Below are positions 39,855-49,746 of a stretch of DNA of 64,000 nt, in pieces (within the stretch, counting starts at the first letter, position 1; each line of letters opens with the position of its first letter). The notes under the pieces are model-generated. The model saw nothing but the letters and a program-made list of their open reading frames with translations. It was not told where the DNA came from and made no database searches. The stretch lies in NCBI GenBank assembly GCA_018304105.1, contig JAGVWX010000007.1, forward strand, positions 27,973 through 91,972, read 5' to 3'. The position numbers were made by a program, and so were the translations under genes. Source of the stretch: Candidatus Pacearchaeota archaeon (lineage in GTDB: Archaea; Nanobdellota; Nanobdellia; Pacearchaeales; GW2011-AR1).

Positions 39855-40808
39855 ATGGATAAGAAAACTGGAGTTGTTATTGTTGGTATTCTAATTTTAA
39901 TGTCAGCTTATTTAGTTTCTGCGGGAATTGGAGATTGGTTTAAGGGAATTACCGGAAGGGCGACCACTGGAGAGGCAAATGCTACGATTACATTGTCTGG
40001 GACGAATAGTGTTTCAGTGATTATTTGGAACTATACGATTACAGGTATATCTGCTGTTGAAGATACAACCGCGAGGATTTTGTTTAATATTAGCGTGACT
40101 GACGCGGATGGTGCCGCGGATATAAACGATTCAAGCGTTGATATAAATGTCACAAGAGCAAGCGAGGCGACCAAGGTAAATGATTCTTGCGCTTATAACG
40201 GGGGGCAAACTGCGACTACAAGAAATTATAGTTGTGCTTTTGATATGTGGTATTTTGAAGAGGCCGGCACTTGGACTATTACTGCAATCGCGAATGATAA
40301 TGGCAATATGACATATATACAGAATACATCCACTTTTTATTATGGCTCTACGCAGGCAATGAAAATTTCTCCAGGTTCTTTGACTTGGGCAGGGGTAAGC
40401 CCCGGGCAGAAGAATCAAACATCTAATAATGACCCTATGCTTTTTAATAATACAGGAAATTACATGGTTTCAAACTTAACGGTTATAGGAATTGATTTAA
40501 TCGGGGCGGATACAAGCTATAGCATCGGTGTGAATAACCTTACTGTTGATATTGCAACTAGTGGAGCGTGCAGCGGTTCGGCTTGCGTGGAATGCGTTGT
40601 GGATGCTGTGAGCGGTGTGACTATGCAGAATAATACTGAATTGAGAATTGTTAATGCAAACGTTACAAGAGGAAATCATTCAGTCAATGACGGAAGCACC
40701 GGGCAAGAGCAGTTGTACTTCTGCATGCCTTTAGTGCCAAGCAATATCTTATCACAGGCCTATACTACTCCAGACGAATGGACTTTCACAATAAGGTCAT
40801 ATGAGTAA
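39855..40808 (+). CDS. Secreted glycoprotein paralogous to the last extracellular module of the giant protein
   Basis: Shared D.NG..DIN, C..MWYF, NNTGNY, RGNHSVND.STGQE, QAY.T. Confidence 0.85.
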   Translation: MDKKTGVVIVGILILMSAYLVSAGIGDWFKGITGRATTGEANATITLSGTNSVSVIIWNYTITGISAVEDTTARILFNISVTDADGAADINDSSVDINVTRASEATKVNDSCAYNGGQTATTRNYSCAFDMWYFEEAGTWTITAIANDNGNMTYIQNTSTFYYGSTQAMKISPGSLTWAGVSPGQKNQTSNNDPMLFNNTGNYMVSNLTVIGIDLIGADTSYSIGVNNLTVDIATSGACSGSACVECVVDAVSGVTMQNNTELRIVNANVTRGNHSVNDGSTGQEQLYFCMPLVPSNILSQAYTTPDEWTFTIRSYE

Positions 40809-41355
40809 GATAAAAATAAGTATTTGGTTTGCAGTGCTTTTTGTAGTTGTTGCTTTGCTAAAGTCGACTAGTTCTGCAGGAGTGGCAACTCATATTTGGG
40901 AAGAGAATCATCTAAAAGCATACCCCGGACAGGATGGAACAATAGATATTTATCTTCAGAACATGGTTGGGGAAGATGATATAGTATTTCTTGTGGATTA
41001 TGAAGAGAACGATGGCGGAGTCACAAGCCTTGATAAAAAGAGGTATGAAGTTCCTTTGGGAAGGAGTGATGTTAAGGTCGAGTTAAATTATGCGATTCCA
41101 GGGGATGCGCAGGTTGGACATACTTATAATGTCCGACTTTTGTTTAGCACTGTGAGTCCGGAAACTGAAGGGGGGATTCGGGCTGCTGCGGCGTATGGAA
41201 GGGTTTTCCCAATTGATGTGATAGCTAAACCCGAAGAAGTTTTGCCTTCTCCTTCAGAAGCGGGCGCTGATTATACGTTTGTTTGGTATCTGATTGGTGT
41301 CTTGGTTGTTGCGGGAATTGTGGTTTACTTTGTGATGAGAAAGAAGAATAATTAA
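40801..41355 (+). CDS. Exported protein with C-terminal TM anchor
   Basis: Signal peptide, YPG..LQNMVG, TM followed by RKK. Confidence 0.8.
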   Translation: MSKIKISIWFAVLFVVVALLKSTSSAGVATHIWEENHLKAYPGQDGTIDIYLQNMVGEDDIVFLVDYEENDGGVTSLDKKRYEVPLGRSDVKVELNYAIPGDAQVGHTYNVRLLFSTVSPETEGGIRAAAAYGRVFPIDVIAKPEEVLPSPSEAGADYTFVWYLIGVLVVAGIVVYFVMRKKNN

Positions 41356-41387
41356 TATTCTTAGTTTAATTGGAGCTTCTTTTTTAT

Positions 41388-42287
41388 TTAGGAGTTATTT
41401 GGTCTGAGATGCTTTAACAATTCTAATGCTTCTGCGATAATCCCATGAGATTCTGCGACTTGGGACTCTCTTTCCTGTCTTTCTGCAGCTTCTCTTGCAC
41501 GCTCTTCCGCATTTTTGGCTGCTATTCTGCTCTTTTTTTCTTCAGGCGATTCTCCGCGGATTACAGAACCAATGTAAGTTGTGCCAGCAAATATTGGAAG
41601 AATGGTTAGATTTGCCCCTACCGGGTTTCTGTTTTCTGAGCGGATTAATAATGCGTCCGGAAGTGAAACTTTTTCAGGCCTGTCTCTCATTATTTGTGTT
41701 TGGACGATGGATTTGATTTGTCCGGTTGTTCTGCTGCCTGTTCCTTTTAGGAGGTCGTAAACATTTCTTCTTTCGATTTGCGTTGGGTCTTTATAACCGA
41801 GGAATTCAAGCGCCTCCGGGGAGACGTAAACTGTCCTATCGTTATGGTCTGCTGCGAACACAATGCGCTTTCTGTTTTTTAATGCTTCAAATTCTGCCCG
41901 CGTTTTTAATAACGCTTGACCTGCTTCTGCGACGTCGCGTTTCCAGTGCTGAGCTGCTTTATACTGTTTTTCAGCTGTTTCCGCTTTTGCTTCTAAGGCC
42001 CTTATTTGTTCACCTCTCGCTTGGACTTGTGCTTCAAGAGCAGCTATTGTGTAGTCTCTTCTTTGAATTGCATTTCCTGCATCATTTCTAACTTCGCCAA
42101 CATAGCCAACTGCTTCCTCGAGCTGGGTTTTCAACCAATTGTTTTCTGTTCTTTGCCTTTGAGATGCTGGGTGATCTTCAATCCAAGAAGGAGGAAAAAT
42201 TCTGATAAGGGATGAAGGATCGCCAAGGGCTCCTCTTACGCCTTTGTAAATTCGCATTGCTGTTTCTTTTAGATTGTAAAAATCCAT
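41388..42287 (-). CDS. Coiled-coil plus PAS-domain protein
   Basis: VFAADHNDRTVYVSPEALEFLGY..IERRNVYDL. Confidence 0.7.
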   Translation of the reverse strand: MDFYNLKETAMRIYKGVRGALGDPSSLIRIFPPSWIEDHPASQRQRTENNWLKTQLEEAVGYVGEVRNDAGNAIQRRDYTIAALEAQVQARGEQIRALEAKAETAEKQYKAAQHWKRDVAEAGQALLKTRAEFEALKNRKRIVFAADHNDRTVYVSPEALEFLGYKDPTQIERRNVYDLLKGTGSRTTGQIKSIVQTQIMRDRPEKVSLPDALLIRSENRNPVGANLTILPIFAGTTYIGSVIRGESPEEKKSRIAAKNAEERAREAAERQERESQVAESHGIIAEALELLKHLRPNNS

Positions 42288-42336
42288 AAATTTCTTAGAG
42301 ATAGGTAATTAATTAAGTTTTCTATTCCAGTGTTAA

Positions 42337-43332
42337 CTAGATTCCAATAAGCACATAGGCCACTACGAAGTAAATTATAATAGAAGTTACGTCTGAAATG
42401 ATTGTAGCTAACGGTCCGCTGCCTAACGCGGGGTCAAATTTGAGCTTGCTAATGATTAATGTGGTTAAGAAAGAAGTAAGGCTGCTGAGGACTAAGGTGA
42501 TGAACATCGAGATTGCTATGATTAAGGCCATGAAAGATTGCTGCCAGAATAGTGAAATTATCAGGAAGATTAAGAAACTTATGATTAGGCTAAGCAATGC
42601 TCCGATGACCATCTGCTTGAAAAAATAATGTCTTAATTTCAGGTCTTTTCCGAGAATTGCGATATCGCGTATGAAGAGGGTTTGCTGCTGCGTGCCGAGA
42701 GCGTCGCTCATGAAGACTATTGCCGGAATGAAGAATGCGAGGATAAGATAATTTTCTAGAGTGGACTCAAACATTCCGATAAATGTTGCCGCGAGGGTAA
42801 TACCAATTAATCCGATTATTAGCCAAGGAATTCTGTGAATGACGCTCATTGACAGGGGGGCGACAAGAGTGTTTTCATATTTTAGATGGGCTTTGTGAAT
42901 GCCAGCTAAATGAAGTATGTCTTCTCTTAGGGCCCTGTTTAGGATGGAGAAAATTTCTTCAATAGGAACGATTCCGATTATCTTTCCATCTTTAGTTATT
43001 GGAATGGCTTTGAGATTATGCTTGACTGCAAGGTCTGCAATTTTTTCCTGATCTGCGTCGGCAGCAGCAGTTATTGGTTTTGCTCTAATCGCTTCTTTAA
43101 TTTTGGTATGTTTTGATAGAGCTAAAATATCCCTAAGCGAAACAACGCCAAGCAAATGCTCTTTTTTATCGAGAACATAAACGTAATCTATTTTTTTTAG
43201 TCCCCTAATCTCTTTTTTTAATCGGTTCAGAACCGAACCTATTGTTTCATCTCTTTCGGCCGTTAGAAATTCGGTAATCATCTTTCTTCCGGCGGATCTG
43301 GGAGAGTAGATTTCGTGATTGCTGCTGCTCAT
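42337..43332 (-). CDS. mgtE: MgtE-family Mg2+ transporter (CBS pair + TM domain)
   Basis: YVYVLD, RIPWL, FFIPAI, DPALGSGPLATIISD. Confidence 0.92.
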   Translation of the reverse strand: MSSSNHEIYSPRSAGRKMITEFLTAERDETIGSVLNRLKKEIRGLKKIDYVYVLDKKEHLLGVVSLRDILALSKHTKIKEAIRAKPITAAADADQEKIADLAVKHNLKAIPITKDGKIIGIVPIEEIFSILNRALREDILHLAGIHKAHLKYENTLVAPLSMSVIHRIPWLIIGLIGITLAATFIGMFESTLENYLILAFFIPAIVFMSDALGTQQQTLFIRDIAILGKDLKLRHYFFKQMVIGALLSLIISFLIFLIISLFWQQSFMALIIAISMFITLVLSSLTSFLTTLIISKLKFDPALGSGPLATIISDVTSIIIYFVVAYVLIGI

Positions 43333-43529
43333 GTTTCACCTTTTTTATTATGATATTATTCAATGTTATAAATTTATCCTTGTAAATCCGTATTTAAAAA
43401 ATAGCTTCAATTAAGATTAAAGCGATAATTAAAAATTAGTAAATATGGCGCGATAGATAAAAGAGCCGAAAGAGATGATTGCTGTGGAAATTAGAATTTG
43501 GCCGCAGATAAAAATGAATTTGAGATGTT

Positions 43530-44105
43530 TTATTTGCCTTGCCTGTTCCAGGAGCGAAGGCTTGGCCTGACTTTCATGTTTGGCGACTTGGAGCGGAGAC
43601 CGCGGGATTTTTTGGCTGCGCTTGTAAGTCCGCGCTCTGCTCTTTTCCTATTTTTTTCCGAGGAAATCCAAGATGTTGTTCTATCTGATTTGATTTCTGG
43701 CTTGGATGGGTCGACCATGATGACTTCGAAAAAGTAATGCAAGCCGTCTTTGCCGACGTTGTATGAGTTTAATACCTCAAGAGTTGGATATTTTCTTGCG
43801 GCACGGATTTCGGCGACCCATTGATAATTCATCTTCAGAGTTTTACGGATTGTTGTCTTTGTGCTTTTACGACCTTTTACTCCTTCTCTCTGCCTTCTTC
43901 TTCCGCCTCTTTGGACTCTTACTCTTAGAATTATGAAACCTTTCTTTGCTTTGTAGCCTAGTGCTCTTGCTCTGTCCAATCTCAAAGGTTTTTCAACTTT
44001 CTCGACGGCATTCTCAGAACGCCATTGAATCATTCTTTCTCTTAGAACTTTCTCGTCTGGTTTTTTCCAAGCTTGACTTAGATAGTGATACATTCCGTGT
44101 GTCAT
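43530..44105 (-). CDS. rpl15e: 50S ribosomal protein L15e
   Basis: RARALGYKAKKG, LEVLNSY, FFEVIMVDP, RGLTSA. Confidence 0.97.
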   Translation of the reverse strand: MTHGMYHYLSQAWKKPDEKVLRERMIQWRSENAVEKVEKPLRLDRARALGYKAKKGFIILRVRVQRGGRRRQREGVKGRKSTKTTIRKTLKMNYQWVAEIRAARKYPTLEVLNSYNVGKDGLHYFFEVIMVDPSKPEIKSDRTTSWISSEKNRKRAERGLTSAAKKSRGLRSKSPNMKVRPSLRSWNRQGK

Positions 44106-44179
44106 TGTCAGACTGTGAGAAAAAGGGTGTTTTTAAAGTTTACCTATAAAATTATAAATGGTTTTTGTTCAAAGATTGC

Positions 44180-45247
44180 ATGGCCAAGAAATCATTTTTT
44201 GCGGAGAGAACGGCTGCACAGATTGAGGATTTAAGTGTACAGGAAGTTATGAGGCAGAGAGGGCTTGTTAAAACAATTGATGACCTTAATCCTGCAATTG
44301 ACGCGCTAGTTGTCCGAGCACAGTTAATTCCCGGAAGGTTTTTCAGAGGGGTTGAGACTCAAGCGCAGGCGTCGAGAAAAGCGTATAGGCATGGGGATTT
44401 GGTTGCGCTGAGCCATCCTCAAACAAAGCAGGACTGTTATGAAAGCAGGGAGATTCCGCTTATGATGAGGGCAAGGGATTTTGCTAGGCTTGGGGAAATG
44501 AAAGAAGAGGACATTAATTTTTTTGGTTATTCTGTAAGGCCGGAATGGGGAGACCGAACGAAAAGAGTTTTTCCATTTGTTTGGATACCGGAAGGAGTCC
44601 GGCTTTTTGGTTACGCAGAGAATAATACTGGAGGAATTGGAGTTGAACCATATGCTGATGCCAGAAAAGTAAGAACTAGCGGGGCGAGTGTTGTTGTGAG
44701 CGTTCCTTCAAGGACGAAGAAGAATCCGAGATATAAATTCAAATTAGTCAATGTGCCTTTTGTTAGCCAGACTCCCGAGAATCTTGCTAGTGTTTTAACT
44801 TTAAGGCCACAGGTCATTCAAGATGACGCTACCGGTGAGCCAATTACTGGAAGAACGCCGCACGATAATTATAACATTAGGTATGGATACGAAGGAGACA
44901 GGGAAGGAGATAATCCAATTACGTTTTATCCTCACGATTTGGCAGGATATTTGGGGATTGTGAAGGGGCAACTGGGAGAGCATAATATGACTGCAATGGA
45001 GATGAATCCGTTTGCGCTTCCGAGCAGACATCAAGCTGAGTTTTATATGAAACTTTGCAATAATGTTCTGATGTTCGATCCGACTTTAGAAGGCAAGACA
45101 AAATTGAGGAAACCACATGTTGCTGAGAAATCGCTTTTGTTGGTCAGGGCGATTGGCGTTTTTGGACATGATGACTTTGCTTTTTGGGAACCGGCTAGAG
45201 ATGGCAAGCTAAAGGATTATAACTGGGAAATTCCAGGCAAGGATTAG
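44180..45247 (+). CDS. Hypothetical protein
   Basis: Long ORF, no family recognised. Confidence 0.75.
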   Translation: MAKKSFFAERTAAQIEDLSVQEVMRQRGLVKTIDDLNPAIDALVVRAQLIPGRFFRGVETQAQASRKAYRHGDLVALSHPQTKQDCYESREIPLMMRARDFARLGEMKEEDINFFGYSVRPEWGDRTKRVFPFVWIPEGVRLFGYAENNTGGIGVEPYADARKVRTSGASVVVSVPSRTKKNPRYKFKLVNVPFVSQTPENLASVLTLRPQVIQDDATGEPITGRTPHDNYNIRYGYEGDREGDNPITFYPHDLAGYLGIVKGQLGEHNMTAMEMNPFALPSRHQAEFYMKLCNNVLMFDPTLEGKTKLRKPHVAEKSLLLVRAIGVFGHDDFAFWEPARDGKLKDYNWEIPGKD

Positions 45248-45277
45248 TTTTTTATACCCGTTTTCTTTTGAGTTTTG

Positions 45278-46726
45278 ATGGCAAAGAAAAAATTTTACAT
45301 AACGACTGCAATAGACTATGTCAATGCGGCGCCGCATATCGGCCATGCATATCAGAAAATAGTAGCGGATGCTTTGGCGAGATGGCACAGACTTTTGGGT
45401 GAAGATGTCTTTTTTTTAACGGGGACTGATGAACATGGGAAAAAAGTCCAACTGTCTGCAGAAAAGGCAGGCAAATCTCCGAGAGAATTTGTTGATGAGG
45501 TTTCTGAGAAATTCAAAGAAGCATGGAAATTACTTAATGTAAGACCAGACAGGTTTATCAGAACGACTGATGAAGATCATAAGAAAATCGTTAGGGAGAT
45601 AATTGAGAAAGTAAAGAAGAAAGGAGAAGTTTATCTTGGAACTTATGAGGGACTGTATTGCGTTGATTGCGAGGCATATTATACTGATAAAGACGCGCCG
45701 GATTTTAAGTGTCCAGTGCATAAGAAGCCATTAGAAAATTTGAAAGAAGAATCTTATTTCTTTAAGTTGAGCAAGTACAAGGATTTTCTGCTTGAACTTT
45801 ATGAAAAGCATCCGGAGTTTGTTCTTCCGAATAAGAGCAGAAACGAAGTGAGGAACCGAGTCGAAGAAGGACTGAAGGACTTGTCAATTTCAAGGACTAG
45901 TTTTGACTGGGGAATTCCATTTCCGGGAGATGAAAGACACGTTGTTTATGTTTGGTTTGACGCCTTGCTGAATTATTACACTGCGACGCAGGCATCTAAA
46001 AAATTAAATAAATTCTGGCCGGCCGATGTTCATGTTCTTGGAGTTGACAATACATGGTTTCATACGGTTTATTGGCCGGCGATGCTGAAGGCGGCCGGTT
46101 TGCCCTTGCCTAAGACTGTTTTCAATCACGGGTTTTTGACTTTCAATGGACAGAAGATTTCTAAGTCTTTGGGGAACGTCATTTCTCCGAAGGTTTTAGT
46201 TGAAAAATATGGGGCAGATACAATTAGGTATTTTGTGTTGAGGCAGTTTCCATTTGCTACGGGAGACAGCGCAGACTTTTCAGAACGGGCATTAGTTGAC
46301 AGACATAATAATGAACTCGCGAATAAGTTAGGAAATTTGGTTTCTAGAGTTTCGACTCTTGCGGAAAAATACGGACTGGAGAAGTGCAAGATAACAAATT
46401 TGAGAATTGAAGAGACGAGAAAGAAAGTTGAAAAGTATTTTGAAAGCTTTGAAATTGACAGGGCGCTGAATGAGATTTTTGCGTTTGTTGACAGATGCAA
46501 TGAGTTTGTTCAGGATAAGAAGCCATGGGAGACGCATGACAAGAAAGTTCTTTACGAGCTGGCGAATGCAATAAAAGATGCGGCAATTTTGCTGTCGTCA
46601 TTTATTCCTTCAACTTGCGAGAAGATTGCCTCAATATTTGGTTTCTCCATTAGTTTGGAAGACTTAGAGAAAGAGCTTAAGATCGGAAAGATTAAGAAGA
46701 GCGAGATTTTGTTTAGGAAGATTTAG
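45278..46726 (+). CDS. metG: Methionyl-tRNA synthetase, short form without C-terminal OB domain
   Basis: YITTAIDYVN..HIGH, GTDEHG, YVWFDAL, KISKS. Confidence 0.96.
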   Translation: MAKKKFYITTAIDYVNAAPHIGHAYQKIVADALARWHRLLGEDVFFLTGTDEHGKKVQLSAEKAGKSPREFVDEVSEKFKEAWKLLNVRPDRFIRTTDEDHKKIVREIIEKVKKKGEVYLGTYEGLYCVDCEAYYTDKDAPDFKCPVHKKPLENLKEESYFFKLSKYKDFLLELYEKHPEFVLPNKSRNEVRNRVEEGLKDLSISRTSFDWGIPFPGDERHVVYVWFDALLNYYTATQASKKLNKFWPADVHVLGVDNTWFHTVYWPAMLKAAGLPLPKTVFNHGFLTFNGQKISKSLGNVISPKVLVEKYGADTIRYFVLRQFPFATGDSADFSERALVDRHNNELANKLGNLVSRVSTLAEKYGLEKCKITNLRIEETRKKVEKYFESFEIDRALNEIFAFVDRCNEFVQDKKPWETHDKKVLYELANAIKDAAILLSSFIPSTCEKIASIFGFSISLEDLEKELKIGKIKKSEILFRKI

Positions 46727-47031
46727 ATATCTAGAGATTTATCGATGGCCCATTTCTTCTTGAATTGTTCAATTTCTTTAAGCTTGTTTTTTATTAATTC
46801 TTTTTTGTCTGAATATTCTTTATCTTCAAGAAACTTTTTCCAAGTTTTCTCTGAAAACTCTGTTTGGAATTTAATTCCTGCAGGGATTAATGCTTCAATA
46901 ATCTTTGTACGGTCCATATCATGAATCCTTGCAAGTTCATCTATCATTTCTAGATATTTCTCGTTAACATTCATCGATATCTTCTTTGTTTTTGCCTTCT
47001 CAAATGCTTTTCTTATGTCTTCAGGTTTCAT
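46723..47031 (-). CDS. Ribbon-helix-helix-like protein
   Basis: KISMNV..MIDELAR..DRTKIIE. Confidence 0.6.
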   Translation of the reverse strand: MKPEDIRKAFEKAKTKKISMNVNEKYLEMIDELARIHDMDRTKIIEALIPAGIKFQTEFSEKTWKKFLEDKEYSDKKELIKNKLKEIEQFKKKWAIDKSLDI

Positions 47032-47128
47032 TTATATTACCTTTATATTATTCAAGTAATATACTGGTATTATTTAAACCTTTCGGTTCTGCAATAATAT
47101 TTTTATACCCAAGTTTAGTTTATTTTGC

Positions 47129-47437
47129 ATGGCAATGAGAACTTTAACTTCTGATTTCAGGGAGCTTGAAGAAGAGAGGTCGCAGCTTGCAGCGTATGTT
47201 GCTGGTGCTTTGCCAGGAGCTATTGCCGGCGCAGTGGCTGGTTTGTATGGAGCCGATGCGTTGAATGATTATGTTGATGTTTTGAGAGAAGCGCCGATGA
47301 TTGTTCGAGGGCTTATGGATATTGTCGGAATGGCTGTCGGTGGCTTGGTTGGAGATTGTGCTGGAGGATTTTCTGCGGTAAAGATCTCTGCCTTAAGGAA
47401 TAGCTTAAATTTGCATAATAACGACGGTAATTATTAA
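47129..47437 (+). CDS. Small Gly/Ala-rich membrane-associated protein
   Basis: GAIAGAVAG and GMAVGGLVG glycine-zipper-like helices. Confidence 0.55.
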   Translation: MAMRTLTSDFRELEEERSQLAAYVAGALPGAIAGAVAGLYGADALNDYVDVLREAPMIVRGLMDIVGMAVGGLVGDCAGGFSAVKISALRNSLNLHNNDGNY

Positions 47438-47572
47438 TTGATATGATAAAGGGGCACGATTAGGTTGATATGTTTTGCCCCATAATTTTAAGAAATAGCT
47501 TCAATTTGCAGAGAATAATTAATAACTAAAATTTTATTTGATTTAAGAATGGAAACAGTTTAAGCTTTGATA

Positions 47573-48355
47573 TTAATAAACTAAAAGATAAAATCCAATC
47601 GTGACAGCTAATATTAAAGTGTAAAGAGCGAACCATCTGAGATTTTTGCGCGAGGAAAGAACATAGTTGAATAATAAGTAAATTGTGAGAAGGCCGACTA
47701 GGAAGCTGACTAAAGTGGCCCAAATCATTTCTGCAGGGATTCTTTTGTTTCCTATTTCTAATATTGCTGCGCCGAAGATTGCTGGGATTGAAAGGAGGAA
47801 TGAGAATTTCATTGCGTCTTTTTCTTTTAGTCCAGCTAGAAGACCGCCGGCGATTGTTGTTCCGCTTCTTGAAATTCCAGGGAATAATGCGAGAGCTTGG
47901 GCGCAGCCGATAAAGAGGGCATTTTTCCATCCGAACTTCTTTTTGAAACTTGGGATTTTGAAGTCCAAGGAAGCGATAAGAAGAATAACTGAAGTTATTG
48001 CGAATCCCACTGTGACAACAGCTAGGCTAGTAAATGCAGCTTCAAAATATTTCTGGAATAGGAAACCGACTATTGCTGCGGGAATGGTTCCTATAATCAG
48101 AAGTAATCCTAATTTTCCGTTGTCGCTTTTGAAATTTCCCCTGATGATTTCTTTCACTATGTCAACGATGTCTTCTCCGAAATAAACAAAGACAGCCATG
48201 AGTGTGCCGAAATGCAATGCAACGTCGAAAGTTAAGCTTCCAGAGTAGTTCAGAATTTTTTCAAATAACACTAGATGTCCGGAGCTTGAAATTGGAAGCC
48301 ATTCTGTAAGGCCTTGAATTATTGCAAGGAGCAAGGATGAAATTAAGTCATTCAT
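47573..48355 (-). CDS. uppP: Undecaprenyl-diphosphate phosphatase (BacA family)
   Basis: QGLTEWLPISSSGH, PGISRSG, FSFLLSIPA. Confidence 0.95.
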   Translation of the reverse strand: MNDLISSLLLAIIQGLTEWLPISSSGHLVLFEKILNYSGSLTFDVALHFGTLMAVFVYFGEDIVDIVKEIIRGNFKSDNGKLGLLLIIGTIPAAIVGFLFQKYFEAAFTSLAVVTVGFAITSVILLIASLDFKIPSFKKKFGWKNALFIGCAQALALFPGISRSGTTIAGGLLAGLKEKDAMKFSFLLSIPAIFGAAILEIGNKRIPAEMIWATLVSFLVGLLTIYLLFNYVLSSRKNLRWFALYTLILAVTIGFYLLVY

Positions 48356-48593
48356 TGAAAGGAAATAAATAAAGGGTTAATAAAGTTGATGAAGGTTAGT
48401 TTTTTGATACGGCTGAATTAATTAATATGCTTTGGTGGCTCGTTTCACTCGCTTAAATTATGTAACCAACCCCACCAGGCCGTCTTGTGAACAGGTTTCT
48501 ATTTTATTGGCTCATTTAGTTTAATGAAGATCGGTTTGAACTAGTTAAGGTAAAATTAAAAATAATAAAAAGAAAAAGAAAAAGAATTGCGAG

Positions 48594-48893
48594 CTAGTCC
48601 AAGTCTAGCATCATCTCATATTCCTCGGTTTCCTCCTCTGACCTTTCAGGGTTTTCCTGCGTTTCGTCCAGGTCATTTGTGTCTTCTAGGTCAAGTGCCT
48701 CTTGTTCAGCCATTCCCAGCAAGACTGCTTGTTTACAGTCAGGGCAGAACGACTGCTTCAAGAGGCGAGAGAAGCTGTTCCCCGCGAGAACTACTTTTGA
48801 TGCCTGCTCTTGTTCCTGCAATATGGGCCAAAGGTCGAACATTGTGTTGCAACCTTTGCACCTCACTGGCAGCATGTATGTTTCTTGTCTCAT
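48594..48893 (-). CDS. Small Zn-ribbon-like acidic protein
   Basis: CKGC...CPDC. Confidence 0.6.
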   Translation of the reverse strand: MRQETYMLPVRCKGCNTMFDLWPILQEQEQASKVVLAGNSFSRLLKQSFCPDCKQAVLLGMAEQEALDLEDTNDLDETQENPERSEEETEEYEMMLDLD

Positions 48894-49201
48894 TGTAACT
48901 AATCTAGAACGCTGTTGTTTAAATATATATAATGCAGAATAATGATTATTTTTTCATACGGCATAGCTTATATAGCGACTCCCTGCAGAGTGATGAACTG
49001 TAACTTGTGAAAGGTATCAGGCTTGTTTATATAGTGAATGATTTGAGGGGGACGAATTCTTTTGGCGCTTTAATAATTCATTTGTTCTCTTGTCTAAATT
49101 GGACTCGCTGTTCGAGGGACTGCGAGTCAGAATTTATTTGAGCTAACTTTTTATGTTTAAATTGGACTTGCCGTTGAGTATTGCGCAAGTCAAATCTGCT
49201 G

Positions 49202-49300
49202 GCAACTTCTTTATTGTAATTTTTTGGCGTTGTTTTTACCCGCCCACCCACCCGATGCGATATTGTCTTGAAAATATCATTCTTGACAATATCGCCTAAC
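49202..49300. repeat. 99-bp direct repeat, copy 1, with G4 motif
   Basis: Matches 53863-53961; cccgcccacccaccc at 49239. Confidence 0.9.
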
Positions 49301-49415
49301 AGCTCATTCGCTTGTTGCTTCCCGCCGCCCTTCGCCAAAATTATCTTATTACAACTTTTATTGGGCTATATTTCGATTACTTTTTCTTTAGTTTTTGCAG
49401 AAGAATTTATAATTT

Positions 49416-49719
49416 TTATCCGCCGAGACCGCCCAAGAGGCTGCCGAGGCCGGGCAATAAACTGAAGATTTGCTTGAGGATATCAAAAAATCCGCCGCCT
49501 CCGCCTGAGCCAGACCCTGGAAAGGCAGTGCCATAACCGGATTCGCATTTATTATCTTGCGTGTTACAATGGCTTCCTGGGCCGCAGATTGAATTTTCTA
49601 AACCATTCAACGCATTTGTTTTCTTCGATTAAACAAGCGGTTCCAGTAAAGCAGCAGCCGCCTTGGTCGCAAACATTAGGCGAAGCGCCGTCTTTGTAAT
49701 TTGCGTTGCAAGCTACGCA
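49416..49719 (-). pseudogene. Frameshifted remnant of the 3' end of the Cys-rich protein gene
   Basis: CVACNAN..GGCCFTGTACLIEENKCVE / LENSICGPGSHCNTQDNKCESGYGTAFPG; +1 nt near 49604. Confidence 0.8.
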
Positions 49720-49746
49720 GGCTTCAGCACCCAGGTAGTTTACTAT

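Noticed and set aside
48960-49070. C/D-box sRNA (gtgatga)
   Set aside because: No matching CTGA D box or terminal stem found
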